This document shows, in pieces, positions 52,251-64,000 of a stretch of DNA of 64,000 nt. The DNA comes from Octopus vulgaris (lineage: Eukaryota). The translations under genes were made by a program, and so were the position numbers. The DNA is taken from the NCBI GenBank assembly GCA_951406725.2, contig OX597815.1:192138001-192202000 (forward strand). Direction: 5' to 3'. Below the pieces are notes generated by a model that worked only from the letters and a program-made list of their open reading frames with translations, was not told where the DNA came from and did no database searches. Within the stretch, counting starts at the first letter, position 1; each line of letters begins with the position of its first letter.

Positions 52251-52823
52251 TAGTCTTATTTTCATCACGTGCTTTCACTGTATTACTGAGCGCAGCTCTG
52301 TGTGCCTTGGGTATGTGCTGTGGTTTGTTGTGATGCTCTTATTTTTACTGTATTGAAAGTGTTTTACGTAGGATGTGTGCGGTGCCTAGTAATGCTATTT
52401 TATGTATGTTATATATACTTGTTGTGAAGGCGCATGGCCCAATGGTTAGAGCGACGAGCTTACGACCGTGAGGTTGTGAGTTCGAATCCTGGACTGGGCT
52501 GCGTATTGTGTTCTTGAGCAAGACACTTTATTTCACGTTGCTCCAGTTCACTCAGCTGTAGAAATGAGTTGTGACGTCACAGGTGCCAAGCTGTATCGGC
52601 CCCTTTGCCTTTCCCTTGGGTAACACTGGTGGCGTGGAGAGGGGAGGCCGGTATGCATGGGCGACTGCTGGACTTCCATAAACAACCTTGCCCGGACTTG
52701 TGCCTGGGAGGGTAACTTTCTAGGTGCAATCCCATGGTCATTCATGACCAAAAGGGGTCTCTGATATATACTTGTTAGTCCTGGTGTTTTTATTATGTAT
52801 TTGTCTGGATGCTTTTTTATCAT
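52245..52823 (-). mobile_element. 3' end of an RLE-type LINE (R4/Dong-like), split by SINE D
   Basis: MIKKHPDKYIIKTPGLTSIY | NIHKIALLGTAHILRKTLSIQ*, short 3'UTR ending in a (TAA)n tract. Confidence 0.75.
52424..52763 (+). mobile_element. SINE family D, full length
   Basis: A box TGGCCCAATGG, B box AGTTCGAATCC, core GTTCTTGAGCAAGACAC..CACTCAGCTGTAGAAATG; 13-bp TSD ATATATACTTGTT at 52411-52423 and 52764-52776. Confidence 0.9.
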
Positions 52824-54000
52824 TCATAACGCGCCTACTATGATAGAAATTGTTTCTCTTTTTAGACTCTACATTCAAATTACCTCTATTTCCAAATCTT
52901 TGTATTTTGAAACTTTGGTGGGAAGCTTGCAGAACTGTTAGCACACCAGCAAAATGCTTAGTGACATTTTGTCTGTCTTCACTTTCTGGGTTCAAATCCC
53001 GCTGAGGTTAATTTTGCCTTTCATCCTTTCAGGGTCGATATAATAAGTACCAGTTGCATACTGGGGTCGATGTAATCAATTTATCCCCTCCCCTGAAATT
53101 GCTGGCCTTGTGTCTATAGCAGAAAAGATTATTATTGTTGTTGTTGCAGTTGTTATAATTATTGTTCCACTTTCGTTGTTTTGCAGATAACAAGATAGAG
53201 GCTCTTAAAACTATGGCAGCTGTCAAACGGATTAAGGTTTATATCACAATTCTAAAGAGTGGATATTTAACCAAAGTGAACCAGGGGAATCTGAGTTCCT
53301 TAAATCTTATGTCAGTAAGTAAACTTGTCAAATCTTTCTTCACCAAATTTTTAACAAATTTCACTCTTTTCTCTCGGTTGGTTAAAGAAAAAATAGTGAA
53401 GAATTTTGTTTCTTAACCACATTCTTCTGGGTTCTCTTCACTCTGTGACACCTTCGACATGTGTGTCTTCTGCTATAGCCACGGGCTGACCAAAGCCTTG
53501 AGGGTAGATGGAAACAGAAAGAAGCCTGTCATATATGTGTGGAGGGTTGGGTGGGTTGTGTGTGTGAGAGAGAGAGAGAGCAGAAAAAAGTATTGACCTC
53601 ACTGCTTGAATGACACTATTTGTTGTTCCAACATAATCATCATCATCATTATTATCATCATCGTTATCATCATCAGTTTAACGTTCACTTTTCCATGCTT
53701 GTATGGCTCAGATGGAATTTGTTGAGACAGATTTTTCTATGGCTGGATGCCCTTCTTGTTGCCAACCCTCACCTCTTTCCAAGTAAGTTAATATTTCCCA
53801 ATGGCCAGACTTGTTTAACATGAAAGAGTGGAAATGAAGGAACTGCTTCCCTAAAGATGACACTCCTTTACAACTCCCACAAGATGAAAAGTAAAACTTA
53901 CCTCAGCAGGATTTGAACTCTTGCACAGAAACTTAGAATGCATATCACACCATTGTACTCACCTCAACTAATTTTTTCATAAAAAGGACCCATACCAATT

Positions 54001-55260
54001 CCACATAAAAGGCATCCATGCCAGTGCTACGTATAGAGCACTCGGGCTGGTGCCACACAAAAGGCACCTGTGCTAGTGCTATGTATAAAGCATCTGGACT
54101 GGTGCCACATAAAAGGCACCAATACCAGTATTATGTATAGAGCACCTGGGCTGGTGCCATTTGAAAGGCACCTGTGCCAGTGCTATGTATAGAGCATCAG
54201 GGCTGGTGCCACACAAAAGGCACCTGTGCCAGTGCTATGCATAGAGCACCTGGGCGGGTTCCACATAAAAGGCACCTGTGCCAGTGCTATGCATAGAGCA
54301 CCTGGGCTGGTGCCACATAAAAGACACCTGTGCCAGAGCTATGTATAGAGCATCAGGGTTTGTACCACATAAAAGGCACCTGTGCCAGTACTATGCATAG
54401 AGCACCTGGGCTGGTACCACATAAAAGACACCTGTGCCAGAGTTATGTATAGAGTATCAGGGCTGGTGCCACATAAAAGGCACCTGTGCTAGTGCCATGC
54501 ATAGAGCATCAGGGCTGGTGCCACATAAAAGGCACCTGGGCTGCTGCCAAATTAAAGGCACCTGTGCTAGAGCTATGTATAGAGCATCAGGGCTGGTGCC
54601 ACATAAAAGGCACCTGTGCCAGTGCTATGCATAGAGCACCTGGACTGGTGCCACATAAAAGGCACTCGTGCCAGTGCTATGTATAGAGCACCTGGGCTGG
54701 TGCCACATAAAAGGCACCTGTGCCAGTGCTATGCATAGAGCACCTGGGCTGGTGCCACATAAAAGGCACCCGTGCCAGTGCTATGTATAGAGCACCTGGG
54801 CTGGTGCTACATAAAAGGCACTTGTGCCAGTGTTATGCATAGAGCACCTGGGCTGGTGCCATATAAAAGGCACCCGTGCCAGTGCTATGTATAGAGCACC
54901 TGGGCTGGTGCCATATAAAAGGCACCTGTGCCAGTGTTATGTATAGATCACCTGGGCTGGTGCCATATAAAAGGCACCTGTGTGTGTGCTATGCATAGAG
55001 CATCAGGGCTGGTGCCACATAAAGGCACCTATGCCGGTGCTATGCATAGAGCACCTGGGCTGGTGCCACATAAAAGGCACCCATGCCAGTGCTATGTATA
55101 GAGCACCTGGGCTGGTGCCGCGTCAAAAGCAGCTGTGCCAGTATCATGTAAAGAATCCCTGCGATGATGCCACATAAAAAGCATCCATGCTGGGGCCATG
55201 TAAAAAGCACCTGGAGTGGGTCCACATAAGAACACCTATGCAGGTGCCATGTAAAAAGCA
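54001..55260 (+). repeat. 52-bp minisatellite (dimer of 26-bp monomers, ~22 units) forming the 5' part of a family C element ending ~55385
   Basis: Unit CCACATAAAAGGCACCTGTGCCAGTG+CTATGTATAGAGCACCTGGGCTGGTG, starts at 54001, 54053, 54105...; runs into GTGGTTGGCGTTAGAAAGGGCA and a (GAT)n tail. Confidence 0.95.
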
Positions 55261-56007
55261 CCCAGTATACTCTGTAAAGTGGTTGGCGTTAGAAAGGGCA
55301 TTCAGCTATAGAAACCATGCCAAAATAGACCCAAGTCATACCACCATGGAAAATGAATGGTAAATGATGATGATGACGATGACGACATGATCGATATAAA
55401 AGTACATTCCAAGAATTTTTCTAATAACAGACATATATTTCTTTATTTTCAATCTGGGATAAACTTATTGAGTATTAAAATCATGGTATTTTGGAGTATA
55501 GGACTGACGTTTGGTACATACAGTAATTGAATATGGTAGAATTTTCTGTTTTAAACTGAAGAAATGTATTTCTTACATTTTGTGAAAATGTGATTCTGTG
55601 GAATTAAATTTTTGGTTTCTCAATTTAGATGGAATTGTAGATATGTGTTTATATTTCAAACAAAATAAAATGGAAAAAAAAAAATACAAAGATTTATGAG
55701 GCAACAGGATTCCATTGAGGATATTCTTCGTATTATTGTCATTAAACTGAGATGTCAGAAAACAGACTTTGGTTCTTTCCTCAGATTTCTTCAATCACAC
55801 CCTGTCGTCTTGAAAAGAAAACAAAAGTAAAGAATGGGCATTGTTGGATAATGAGATATTTAGGTATTTTGCTCCAAACCGTATTGTTGATATTCATCAT
55901 CAGCATCACATCTTCCCTCCCTCCTCTGTGTGTGTATGTGTATGTAATGTTAATCTTTGTTTTTGTATGCAGTTATAATGATTTCTTTCTTTGTTTATTT
56001 ATTCTTT

Positions 56008-56782
56008 GTGGAGGCACAATGGCCCAGTGGTTAGGGCAGCAGACTCGCGGTCGTAGGATTGCGGTTTTGATTCCCAGAATGGGCGTTGTGAGTGTTCATT
56101 GAACGAAAACACCTAAAAGCTCCACAAGGCTCCAGCAGGGGTGAGGGTGGGGCGAATCCTGCGGTATTCTTTCATCACAACTTTCTCGCATTCTTTCTTC
56201 CTATTTCTGCTGTACCTGTATTTTCAAAGGGCCAGCCTTATTAGACTCTGTGTCATGCTGAATCGCCCCGAGAACTATGTTAAGGGTACACATGTATGTG
56301 GAGTGCTCAGCCACTAGCATGCTAATTTCACAAGCGGCTGTTCCATTGATCGCATCAGCTGGAACCCTCGTCGTCGTAACCAACGGAGTGCTCCTTTGTA
56401 GAGGCGCAATGGCCCAGCAATTAGGGTAGCGAACTTGTAGTCATAGGATCGTAGTTTTAATTCCCAGAACGGGCGTTGTGAATGTTTATTGAACATAAAC
56501 ACCTAAAAGCTCCATGAGGCTCCGGCAGAGGGTAGTGGTGAACCCTACTGTAATCTTTCACCACAACTTTCTCTTACTCTTTCTTCCTGTTTCTGCTGTA
56601 CCTGTATTTTCAAAGGGCCAGCCTTGTCACACTCTGTGTCATGCTGAATCTCCCCAAGAACTACATTAAGGGTACACATGTCAGTAGAGTGCTCAGCCAC
56701 TTGCATGTTAATTTCATGAGCAGGCTGATCCATTGATTGCATCAACTGGAACCCTCATCATCCTAACTGACGGAGTGCCACG
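56008..56782 (+). mobile_element. Head-to-tail dimer of SINE E (tRNA-Arg-like head)
   Basis: Monomers at 56008-56396 and 56398-56780; ATTTATTCTTT at 55997-56007 and 56783-56793 flanks the pair. Confidence 0.85.
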
Positions 56783-58259
56783 ATTTATTCTTTATCATGT
56801 TTTTAATCCTAAGGGTTACTCTATACTTTTGAAGAGTACAAATTTATTATTCTTAAACAAGAATATTATTGATAGTGACTTCAAAGTTTTGGTTAGATTT
56901 CTCTTTTCCTTTTTGCATCTCCAATCCTATACACACACACACACACACACACATATATATCCATGTATGTGTAATCATGACCTATACCGGTGTCACATAA
57001 CTGGCCCCCGTGCTAGTGATACCTAAAAGCACCTGTGCTGGTGGCACATAAAAGCTGATGTCATGTTAAAGGCACCCATTACACTCTTGGAGTGGTTGGT
57101 GTTAGGAAGGGCATCCTGCTGTCGAATCCATGCCAAATCAGACTGGGGCCTGGTGCAGCCCTCCGCTTTACCAGTTCCAGTCAAACCGTCTAACCCATGC
57201 CAGCATGGAAAGCAGACACTAAATTATGATGAGGATGATGTGTGTCTATGTTTCTATGTATCCTTAGCTGGACATCACATGATGGTTGTATGTGAGCATC
57301 ATCGTCATACCTGATTTTTCTATGTTGACCTGAGGTCACACATTGTAAACTGGAAGGGTTTGAGATCTGTTTTAATCAATTCCAATCAATGATTGACATC
57401 TATTTTCGATGAAAATTATTGTTAACATTGGCAGGATTTGAATTCCAAATGTAGACAAAATGGAGTTAAACTGTATAAGGTTTCTTTCACTTCCATTTTT
57501 TTTTTACTACCAGAATCAATGATTTAAGTGAAGATTGTTCTCTTCATTAAGCATTTTATTTTAATTAATTACCGCTTTACTATTAATTCCTCTTGCAGCC
57601 GGAATTCCAGGGTACATTTTCATAGTTGTTCTTTTAAGTTAATAGAACACTGCTTTGAGTTCATTCACAGAATCTTTAATACCATTGTAGTTGTTCTAAG
57701 ATTTAGCAGTCATTAAGATAATAATTGTTTTAATCAGTAAAGGTGTAATTTTAATTAATTAGAAATTCTTACCATTCTACATCGATTATGTTAGCACCCG
57801 CTTTTATTAAACGGTGTACGACATTTAACTTAACACATTCTATCACTTTTGCATCTAATTCCATAGGCTGTTAGTTATTCTAGTATTAAAGCATAAAAGA
57901 ATATATAATTCTTTTCTTCTTTCACTTGTTTCAGTCGTTTGACTGTGGCCAAGCTGGAGCATTGCCTTGTGGGGTTTTAGTCAAACGAATTGACCCCCAG
58001 GACTTACTTTTTAAGCCTAGTACTTATTCTATCAGTTTCATTTGTTAAGTTACGGAAACATAAACACATCAACACCAGTTATCAAGAAGTGATGATGACC
58101 AAGTGTCAAATGATGAAAGGTTACAGAGTGACCGAGGGACCGAGAAGCAAGTCACCTATTTCTGCCTGTCTGTCTGTCTGTCTGTCAGACTCTAACCTTT
58201 CATCATCTGACACAAGATCCCCCTCCCCCGATGCCCCCATCCCTCACAAAATTCCTTGT

Positions 58260-58866
58260 CTTATTTCTTTATTGCCCACAAGGGGCTAAGCATAGAGGGG
58301 ACAAACAAGGACAGACAAATGGATTAAGTCGATTATATCGACCCCCATGCATAATCATCATCATCATCATCATTTAGCGTCCGCTTTCCATGCTAGCATG
58401 GGTTGGGCGGGTCAACTGGGGTCTGTGAAGCTGGAAGGCTTCGTCAGGCCCAGTCAGATCTGGCAGTGTTTCTACGGCTGGATTCCCTTCCTAACGCCAA
58501 CCACTCCGTGAGTGTAGTGGGTGTTTTTTACGTGCCACCTGCACAGGTGCCAGACAGAGCTGGCGAACGGCCACGAACGGATGGTGCTTTTACGTGTCAC
58601 CGGCACGGGGCCAGGCGATGCTGGCAACGAACACGAACGGATGGTGCTTTTACGTGCCACCGACACGGGGCCAGACAGAGCTGGCAAACGGCCACGAACG
58701 GATGGTGCTTTTACGTGTCACCGGCACTGGTACTTAATTTATCGACCCCAAAAGGATGAAAGGCAAAGTTGACCTCGGCGGAATTTGAACTCAGAACGTA
58801 GCGGCAGATGAAATACCGCTAAGCATTTTGCCCGGCGTGCTAACATTTCTGCCAGCTTGCCACCTT
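58260..58866 (-). mobile_element. SINE A split by a family C element (58354-58726)
   Basis: A body stops at CCCCATGCATAA and resumes at CTGGTACTTAATTTATCGACC; the C copy has three ACGAACGGATGGTGCTTTTACGTG modules. Confidence 0.85.
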
Positions 58867-59847
58867 ATAATCAGAATAAATATTGCAAGATATTCTGTCC
58901 AACACTTTGCCAATTTTTATGGCACATGTCATGTTTATATTTGACCCTTATAAACTCTTATTTAAGGAGTGTCAGTTTACAATTTTGTTAAAGGACACCC
59001 AGCATGTACTTTTGTTTTTCAAGCTGATCTAGTATGAACTTGTCTGCTATATAGTAAGTAAAGTGGATGCTAGTTTACTTCACACTATATACCAAGAATT
59101 TTTAATTAGAAATATATCTTTAGTGCTGGGTTACCATACTGAAGTACTTGTGGTGGATTACACGGTTTTTCAGGATTGCATATTAATATTTTTTGTTAAT
59201 TTGGCAGGCTGGTTACATTTTGGGTTACTTTAAAAGTATTTGGGCTACTTATCTACAGCATTTATGTTTTAGATTAAATTTTATGTTATAGTGATATTTT
59301 AAAATTTATAAACAAAAGAAATTAAATCTGCTTAGTCATATTCTTAAATACTTTGATCTGCATTGTATTATGAATATAAAGTTTAGGAAAAACAAATTAT
59401 AGATGTGCTATAATTATTATATAATTAAATTACCTAATGCAGTAATTTATAAAGGTAGTTCATAAAAGTAACGCATAAATTGGATAGAGCCAGTAATGAG
59501 AAATTTCCATTGAAATTTATTGCTAATTAGATCATACAATAGCTGTTACAGCTCTACCTATCTCATTATGTCTTCTGAAAAAAAAAAAAATTGCTCAAAA
59601 ATATCATTACTTATGCATGTTAACAGTTTTAAATATTTCTTTATAAATGCAATGTAGAATGTCTATATTGCTTAAAAGGAATTTTGAATGCAAAGAGTCT
59701 TGACACTTACAAAAACAATATTATATATTATAATGACATTTGCATCTGTTACAGAATCGTTCGATTGTGGTTTGAAACTGTTGTGGGCAGGCACTTTTGG
59801 TAAATACTGTTTGGCAACAGTTTGTGATTCCTTAGAAGCAAATTACT

Positions 59848-60720
59848 TCATCATCATCATCGTTTAATGTCCGTTTTCCATGCTAGCATGGGTTGCATGG
59901 TTCGACCGGGGTCTGGCAAGCCGGGAGGCTGCACCAGGCTCCAGTCTGATCTTGTAGAGTTTCTATAGCTGGATGCCCCTCCTAACGCCAACCACTCCGA
60001 GTGTAGTGGGTGCTTTTTACGTTCCACTGGCACGGGGGCCAAGGGAGGCTGGCAGTGGCCATGATCAGTTGGTGTTTTTTACGTGCCACCGGCACAGAAG
60101 CAAGTCAAGGCGGCGCTGGCATCGGCCACATTCGGATGGTGCTTTTTACGTGCCACCTGCACAGGTATCACAACTACAATTTTGCTTTTTACGTGCCACC
60201 GGCTCAGGTATCACAACTAATATTATATATTATGACATTTACATCTGTTACAGAATCATTCAATTGTGGTTTGAAACTGTTGTGGGCAGGCATTTTTGGT
60301 AAATACTGTTTGGCAACAGTTTGTGATTCCTTAGAAGCAAATTACTTCATCATCCTCATCATCATGATCATCATCGTTTAACGTCCGTTTTCTATGCTAG
60401 CATGGGTTGGACGGTTCGACCGGGGTCTGGGAAGCCGGGAGGCTGCACCAGGCTCCAGTCTGATCTGGCAGTGTTTCTACAGCTGGATGCCCTTCCTAAC
60501 GCTAACCACTCCGAGAGTGTAGTGGGTGCTTTTTACGTGTCACTAGCACAGGGGCCAGATGAGGCTGGCAGCAGCCATGATCAGTTGGTGCTTTTTACGT
60601 TCCACCGGCGCAGGTATCACAACTGCAATTTCCATTTGATATTTATTTTGATGTTGATGTACTTGACTCAATAGGTCTCCTCAAGCACAGCAGGTCACCC
60701 TACGATCCAAGGTTAGCACG
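59848..60720 (-). mobile_element. Two family C copies separated by a duplicated ~130-bp flank
   Basis: C at 59848-60218 and 60347-60720; flanks at 59719-59850 and 60220-60350. Confidence 0.85.
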
Positions 60721-60888
60721 GCTACAGTATACTAAAAAGTTGAGACAATAATAGCGTGACAGGTGCCCATTAATGAATTTATATTAGCACTAACAGGTTA
60801 TCTTAGATAGCAGAACGATCCAATTTTTTCAGTGTATCCCTCTTTATTTATTTGATGATATTTCACTTCTATATAGACTCTTTAGTTA

Positions 60889-61290
60889 GGGCGGCGAGCT
60901 GGCAGAAATGTTAGCACGCCGGGCGAAATGTGTAGCCGTATTTCGTCTGCCATTACATTCTGAGTTCAAATTCCGCTGAGGTCGACTCTGCCTTTCATCC
61001 TTTCGGGGTCGATAAATTAAGTACCAGTTACGCACTGGAGTCGATAGAATTGACTTAATCCGTTTGTCTGTCCTTGTTTGTCCCCTCTGTGTTTAGCCCC
61101 TTGTGGGTAGTAAAGAAATAGGTATTTCGTCTGCTGTTACGTTCTGAGTTCAAATTCCGCTGAGGTCGACTTTGCCTTTCATCCTTTTGGGATTGATAAA
61201 TTAAGTACCAGTTACGCACTGGGGTCGATGTAATCGACTTAATCTGTTTGTCCCCTCTATGTTTAGCTCCTTGTGGGTAGTAAAGAAATA
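60889..61290 (+). mobile_element. SINE A dimer flanked by ~94-bp direct repeats
   Basis: Second body restarts at GGTATTTCGTCTG (61101); flanks at 60795-60888 and 61290-61385. Confidence 0.9.
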
Positions 61291-61489
61291 GGTTATCTTA
61301 GATATCAGAACGATCCAATTTTTTCAGTATATACCTCTTTATTTATTTGGTGATATTTCACTTCTGTATAGAAACTCTTTAGTTATAAAGTGAACCAGAA
61401 GTTGTTGGCAGTTGTTAGTCCGTCACTTGGTATAAGACAGATCAACAAACTATTTTTTAATGAATCTTGATTATATCAAAAACTATACT

Positions 61490-61912
61490 CATTATACAAT
61501 GAACATGTAGTCAAAGTATGATAAAAAGTCTGAAAAGTCCTGCTTAATAGATCCACAATTTTTAAATTAAGCAACTGAAATAAAACATCAAAGCAATAAA
61601 GCCGTCCTATAAAGTGTGTAATTTTGAAATATGATCTCACAAAACCAGATCAACAAAGCATGCTTCTTCAGCTAGACATAAAATGATAGAGCTGTAATAA
61701 ACTCGTATTCACAGCAGACTATCAAAGCAATCTTTTTTTTTTTCCTGCAGCAAAATAACAAAATTTACACTATATAGTTAGCAGAATTTGTCACTTGTCA
61801 TCCAAGTATTTGTGGTATCAATCATTTTGGAGGACTTATTAATAAAGAAATTTCTTCATTATCAATTGCAGCTGATTTGAAACTGCACAGGATAAAATAT
61901 ATGGCGTTAATA

Positions 61913-61949
<37 letters not shown>

Positions 61950-62580
61950 TTATTGCTGTATCCTTTCTGAAAGAACAAATTAGACATAGGAAATCATCAG
62001 TTCTTGATTTTGGATAAATCAACCGACATCACTTGTGAAGAGCACTGATGTGTGTGTGTGTGTGTGTTTGTGTGCATTTGTGTGTGTGTGTTAGATATTC
62101 TTATAAACAACAAAATAAATAAATGTGTATCACAGTTTTTTCTGGTTAATTCCTGTTCCAAAATTCCTGTCACCGAAATGCTGCACCAAGCTGTGGAAAA
62201 GTTTGAGTAATGCTGGAATTATTATTAAGAACTGTTTTGCTATTGCAACAAATGGAGTTTTAAACCTTCCTGACATTAATAATTCTTTCTATGCATTAAT
62301 GAAATTAGATAATCCAAACTTGATTCTCATAAAATGCATTTGTCACTCTTTCTGTTTTGCATGTTGCCATAATGTTGAAGAATTGCCTTTGAGCATCGAC
62401 TGTCTGTTAAGAGGTGCTTACAACTTTTACTACAGACAAGTATTGTGGAGATGATTTTGTATGGAAATGTAAGAATTAATCAATGATGGCATCAAGCCAT
62501 TGGAAATGGTTTAGCATTCAGTCACAAATGGTAACTATGGAATGGTCTCTGTGTAAAAAGAAATGTTCTTCAGTGGTGTT
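61490..62580 (+). pseudogene. Decayed hAT-superfamily transposase
   Basis: AEFVTCHPSICGINHFG..ADLKLHRIKYMALINNVIA..LILDKSTDIT (first catalytic DxSTD-type motif) and IATNG..KLDNPNLILIKCICHSF (CxxH); stops, frameshifts, (AAT)n and (TG)n insertions. Confidence 0.8.
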
Positions 62581-62639
62581 TGTTTTATTTGTTGTGTCTT
62601 CATGAAAAGGGTCTATTGCTCATGGACCTTGACAGCCTT

Positions 62640-62930
62640 CTGGGACCAGTGAGATTAATGCTGTTAATATAAGTTGGCAACAGCAAGAAAGACATATGTG
62701 AGGGGGGGAATTCAAGAGGACTGAGGTTCTGAGGTGGTTGAACTGGCCTTAACAGTTAGAGCAGGAGCTTAGAGTTGAAATCAATATATGGGATATGAAG
62801 GGGAGAGGGAGGAGCAGAATTGAGTAATTAAGAGGGCTTCAGTAGTGATAGCATGAGGTTAGCCAACTCCAAGAAGCAGGGGCCATTATAGTCATAGGAT
62901 GAAATTAAGATTGAATTTTTCAAATGCCAC
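62640..62930 (-). pseudogene. Very decayed CR1/Jockey-group LINE 3' remnant
   Basis: Fragments YDYNGPCFLELANLM and RTSVL*NS..YVF resemble FYRYY.G.CS.EL / PRT..LWNSLP..VFP. Confidence 0.45.
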
Positions 62931-63011
62931 AGCTTGCTTTCAAATACCCTGACACCATGTAAAAAAAAACATCCCTGTTGGTTCCACATAAAAGGCACCC
63001 ATGCCAGTACC

Positions 63012-63224
63012 TATTTCTTTACTACACACAAGGGGCTAAACACAGAGAAGACAAACAGATTAAGTCGATTACATTGACCCCAGTGCATAACTGGTACTTA
63101 ATTTATCGACCCCGAAAGGATGAAAGGCAAAGTCGACCTTGGCGGAATTTGAACTCAGAACGTAACGGCAGACGAAATATGGCTACGCATTTCGCCCGGC
63201 GTGCTAACGGTTCTGCCAACTCGC
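63012..63224 (-). mobile_element. SINE A inserted in an old family C element
   Basis: 18-bp TSD GGCACCCATGCCAGTACC at 62994-63011 and 63233-63250. Confidence 0.85.
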
Positions 63225-63614
63225 ATGGTACTGGCACCCATGCCAGTACCATGTAATAATAAGCACTTCTGCTGGTGCCACATGAAAAAGGCACTCAGTA
63301 CTCTCTGTAAAGTGGTTGGCATTGGGAAGGGGATCCAACCGAAGGGACCCTGCCAAGACACAACTTGAACCTGGTGCAGCTCTTTGGCTTCATTACATCT
63401 ACTGAAAATCTCTGTTTTGTTTCTCCATTGACAAACAGGACAGATTGACACCAAGAATAGCATCTGGTCATAAAAATGGCCATTCCACCAATACCTCCCC
63501 ATCTTCGAACCTGTGGTTGTATGGCAAAACGGATGTTAAATAAATAATTGAACAAATTATCTCTCTCCCCTCCTCTCTCTCTCTATCTATCTATATATAC
63601 TCTTTTTTTTTTTT

Positions 63615-64000
63615 TTTTTACTTGTTTCATTCATTTAACTGCGGCCATGCTGGAGCACCGCCTTTAGTCGAGCGAATCGACCCCGAGACTTATTCTTTGT
63701 AAGCCCAGTACTTATTCTATCGGTCTCTTTTGCCGAAGCGCTAAGTTATGGGGACGTAAACACACCAGCATCGGTTGTCAAGCAATGCTAGGGGAACAGA
63801 CACACAAACATACATGCACACACGTATATATATATATACACATATATACGACGGGCTTCTTTTCAGTTTCCGTCTACCAAATCCACTCACAAGGCTTTGG
63901 TCGGCTCGAGGCTATAGTAGAAGACACTTGCCCAAGGTGCCACGCAGTGGGACTGAACCCGGAACCATGTGGTTGGTAAACAAGCTACTTACCACACAGC
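63615..64000 (-). mobile_element. SINE B, young, running off the window end
   Basis: Near-consensus reverse complement of 11382-11770. Confidence 0.9.

Noticed and set aside
54001-55260. CRISPR-like regular array
   Set aside because: Both halves of each unit are repeated, so there are no unique spacers; there are no cas genes, the context is eukaryotic, and the unit derives from family C

Overview
AT-rich, extremely microsatellite-dense animal genomic DNA, most likely an octopus (coleoid cephalopod) intron or intergenic region; the taxon is inferred from the SINE repertoire and the (TA/CA/TG)n and (GAT/ACC)n load. I found no intact host protein-coding gene, and almost every ORF in the supplied track is a simple-repeat or SINE translation artefact. 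The window is a mosaic of: four tRNA-headed SINE families (working labels A, B, D, E); a headless RTE-tailed retroposon (C) whose 5' modules have expanded into 52-, 159- and ~165-bp tandem arrays; LINE fragments (CR1, RTE including a PHD-like insert, R4/Dong); Penelope-like remnants; a decayed hAT transposase; and Tc1/mariner and hAT MITEs. The most notable signals are minimal hammerhead-ribozyme folds in several unrelated short repeat families beside (TA)n-type tracts, very long (~94 and ~130 bp) apparent target-site duplications, SINE multimers with a fixed junction, two long hairpins, and a few weak minus-strand exon candidates, one encoding a mitochondrial-presequence-like peptide. All calls were made by eye; coordinates of old repeats are approximate.
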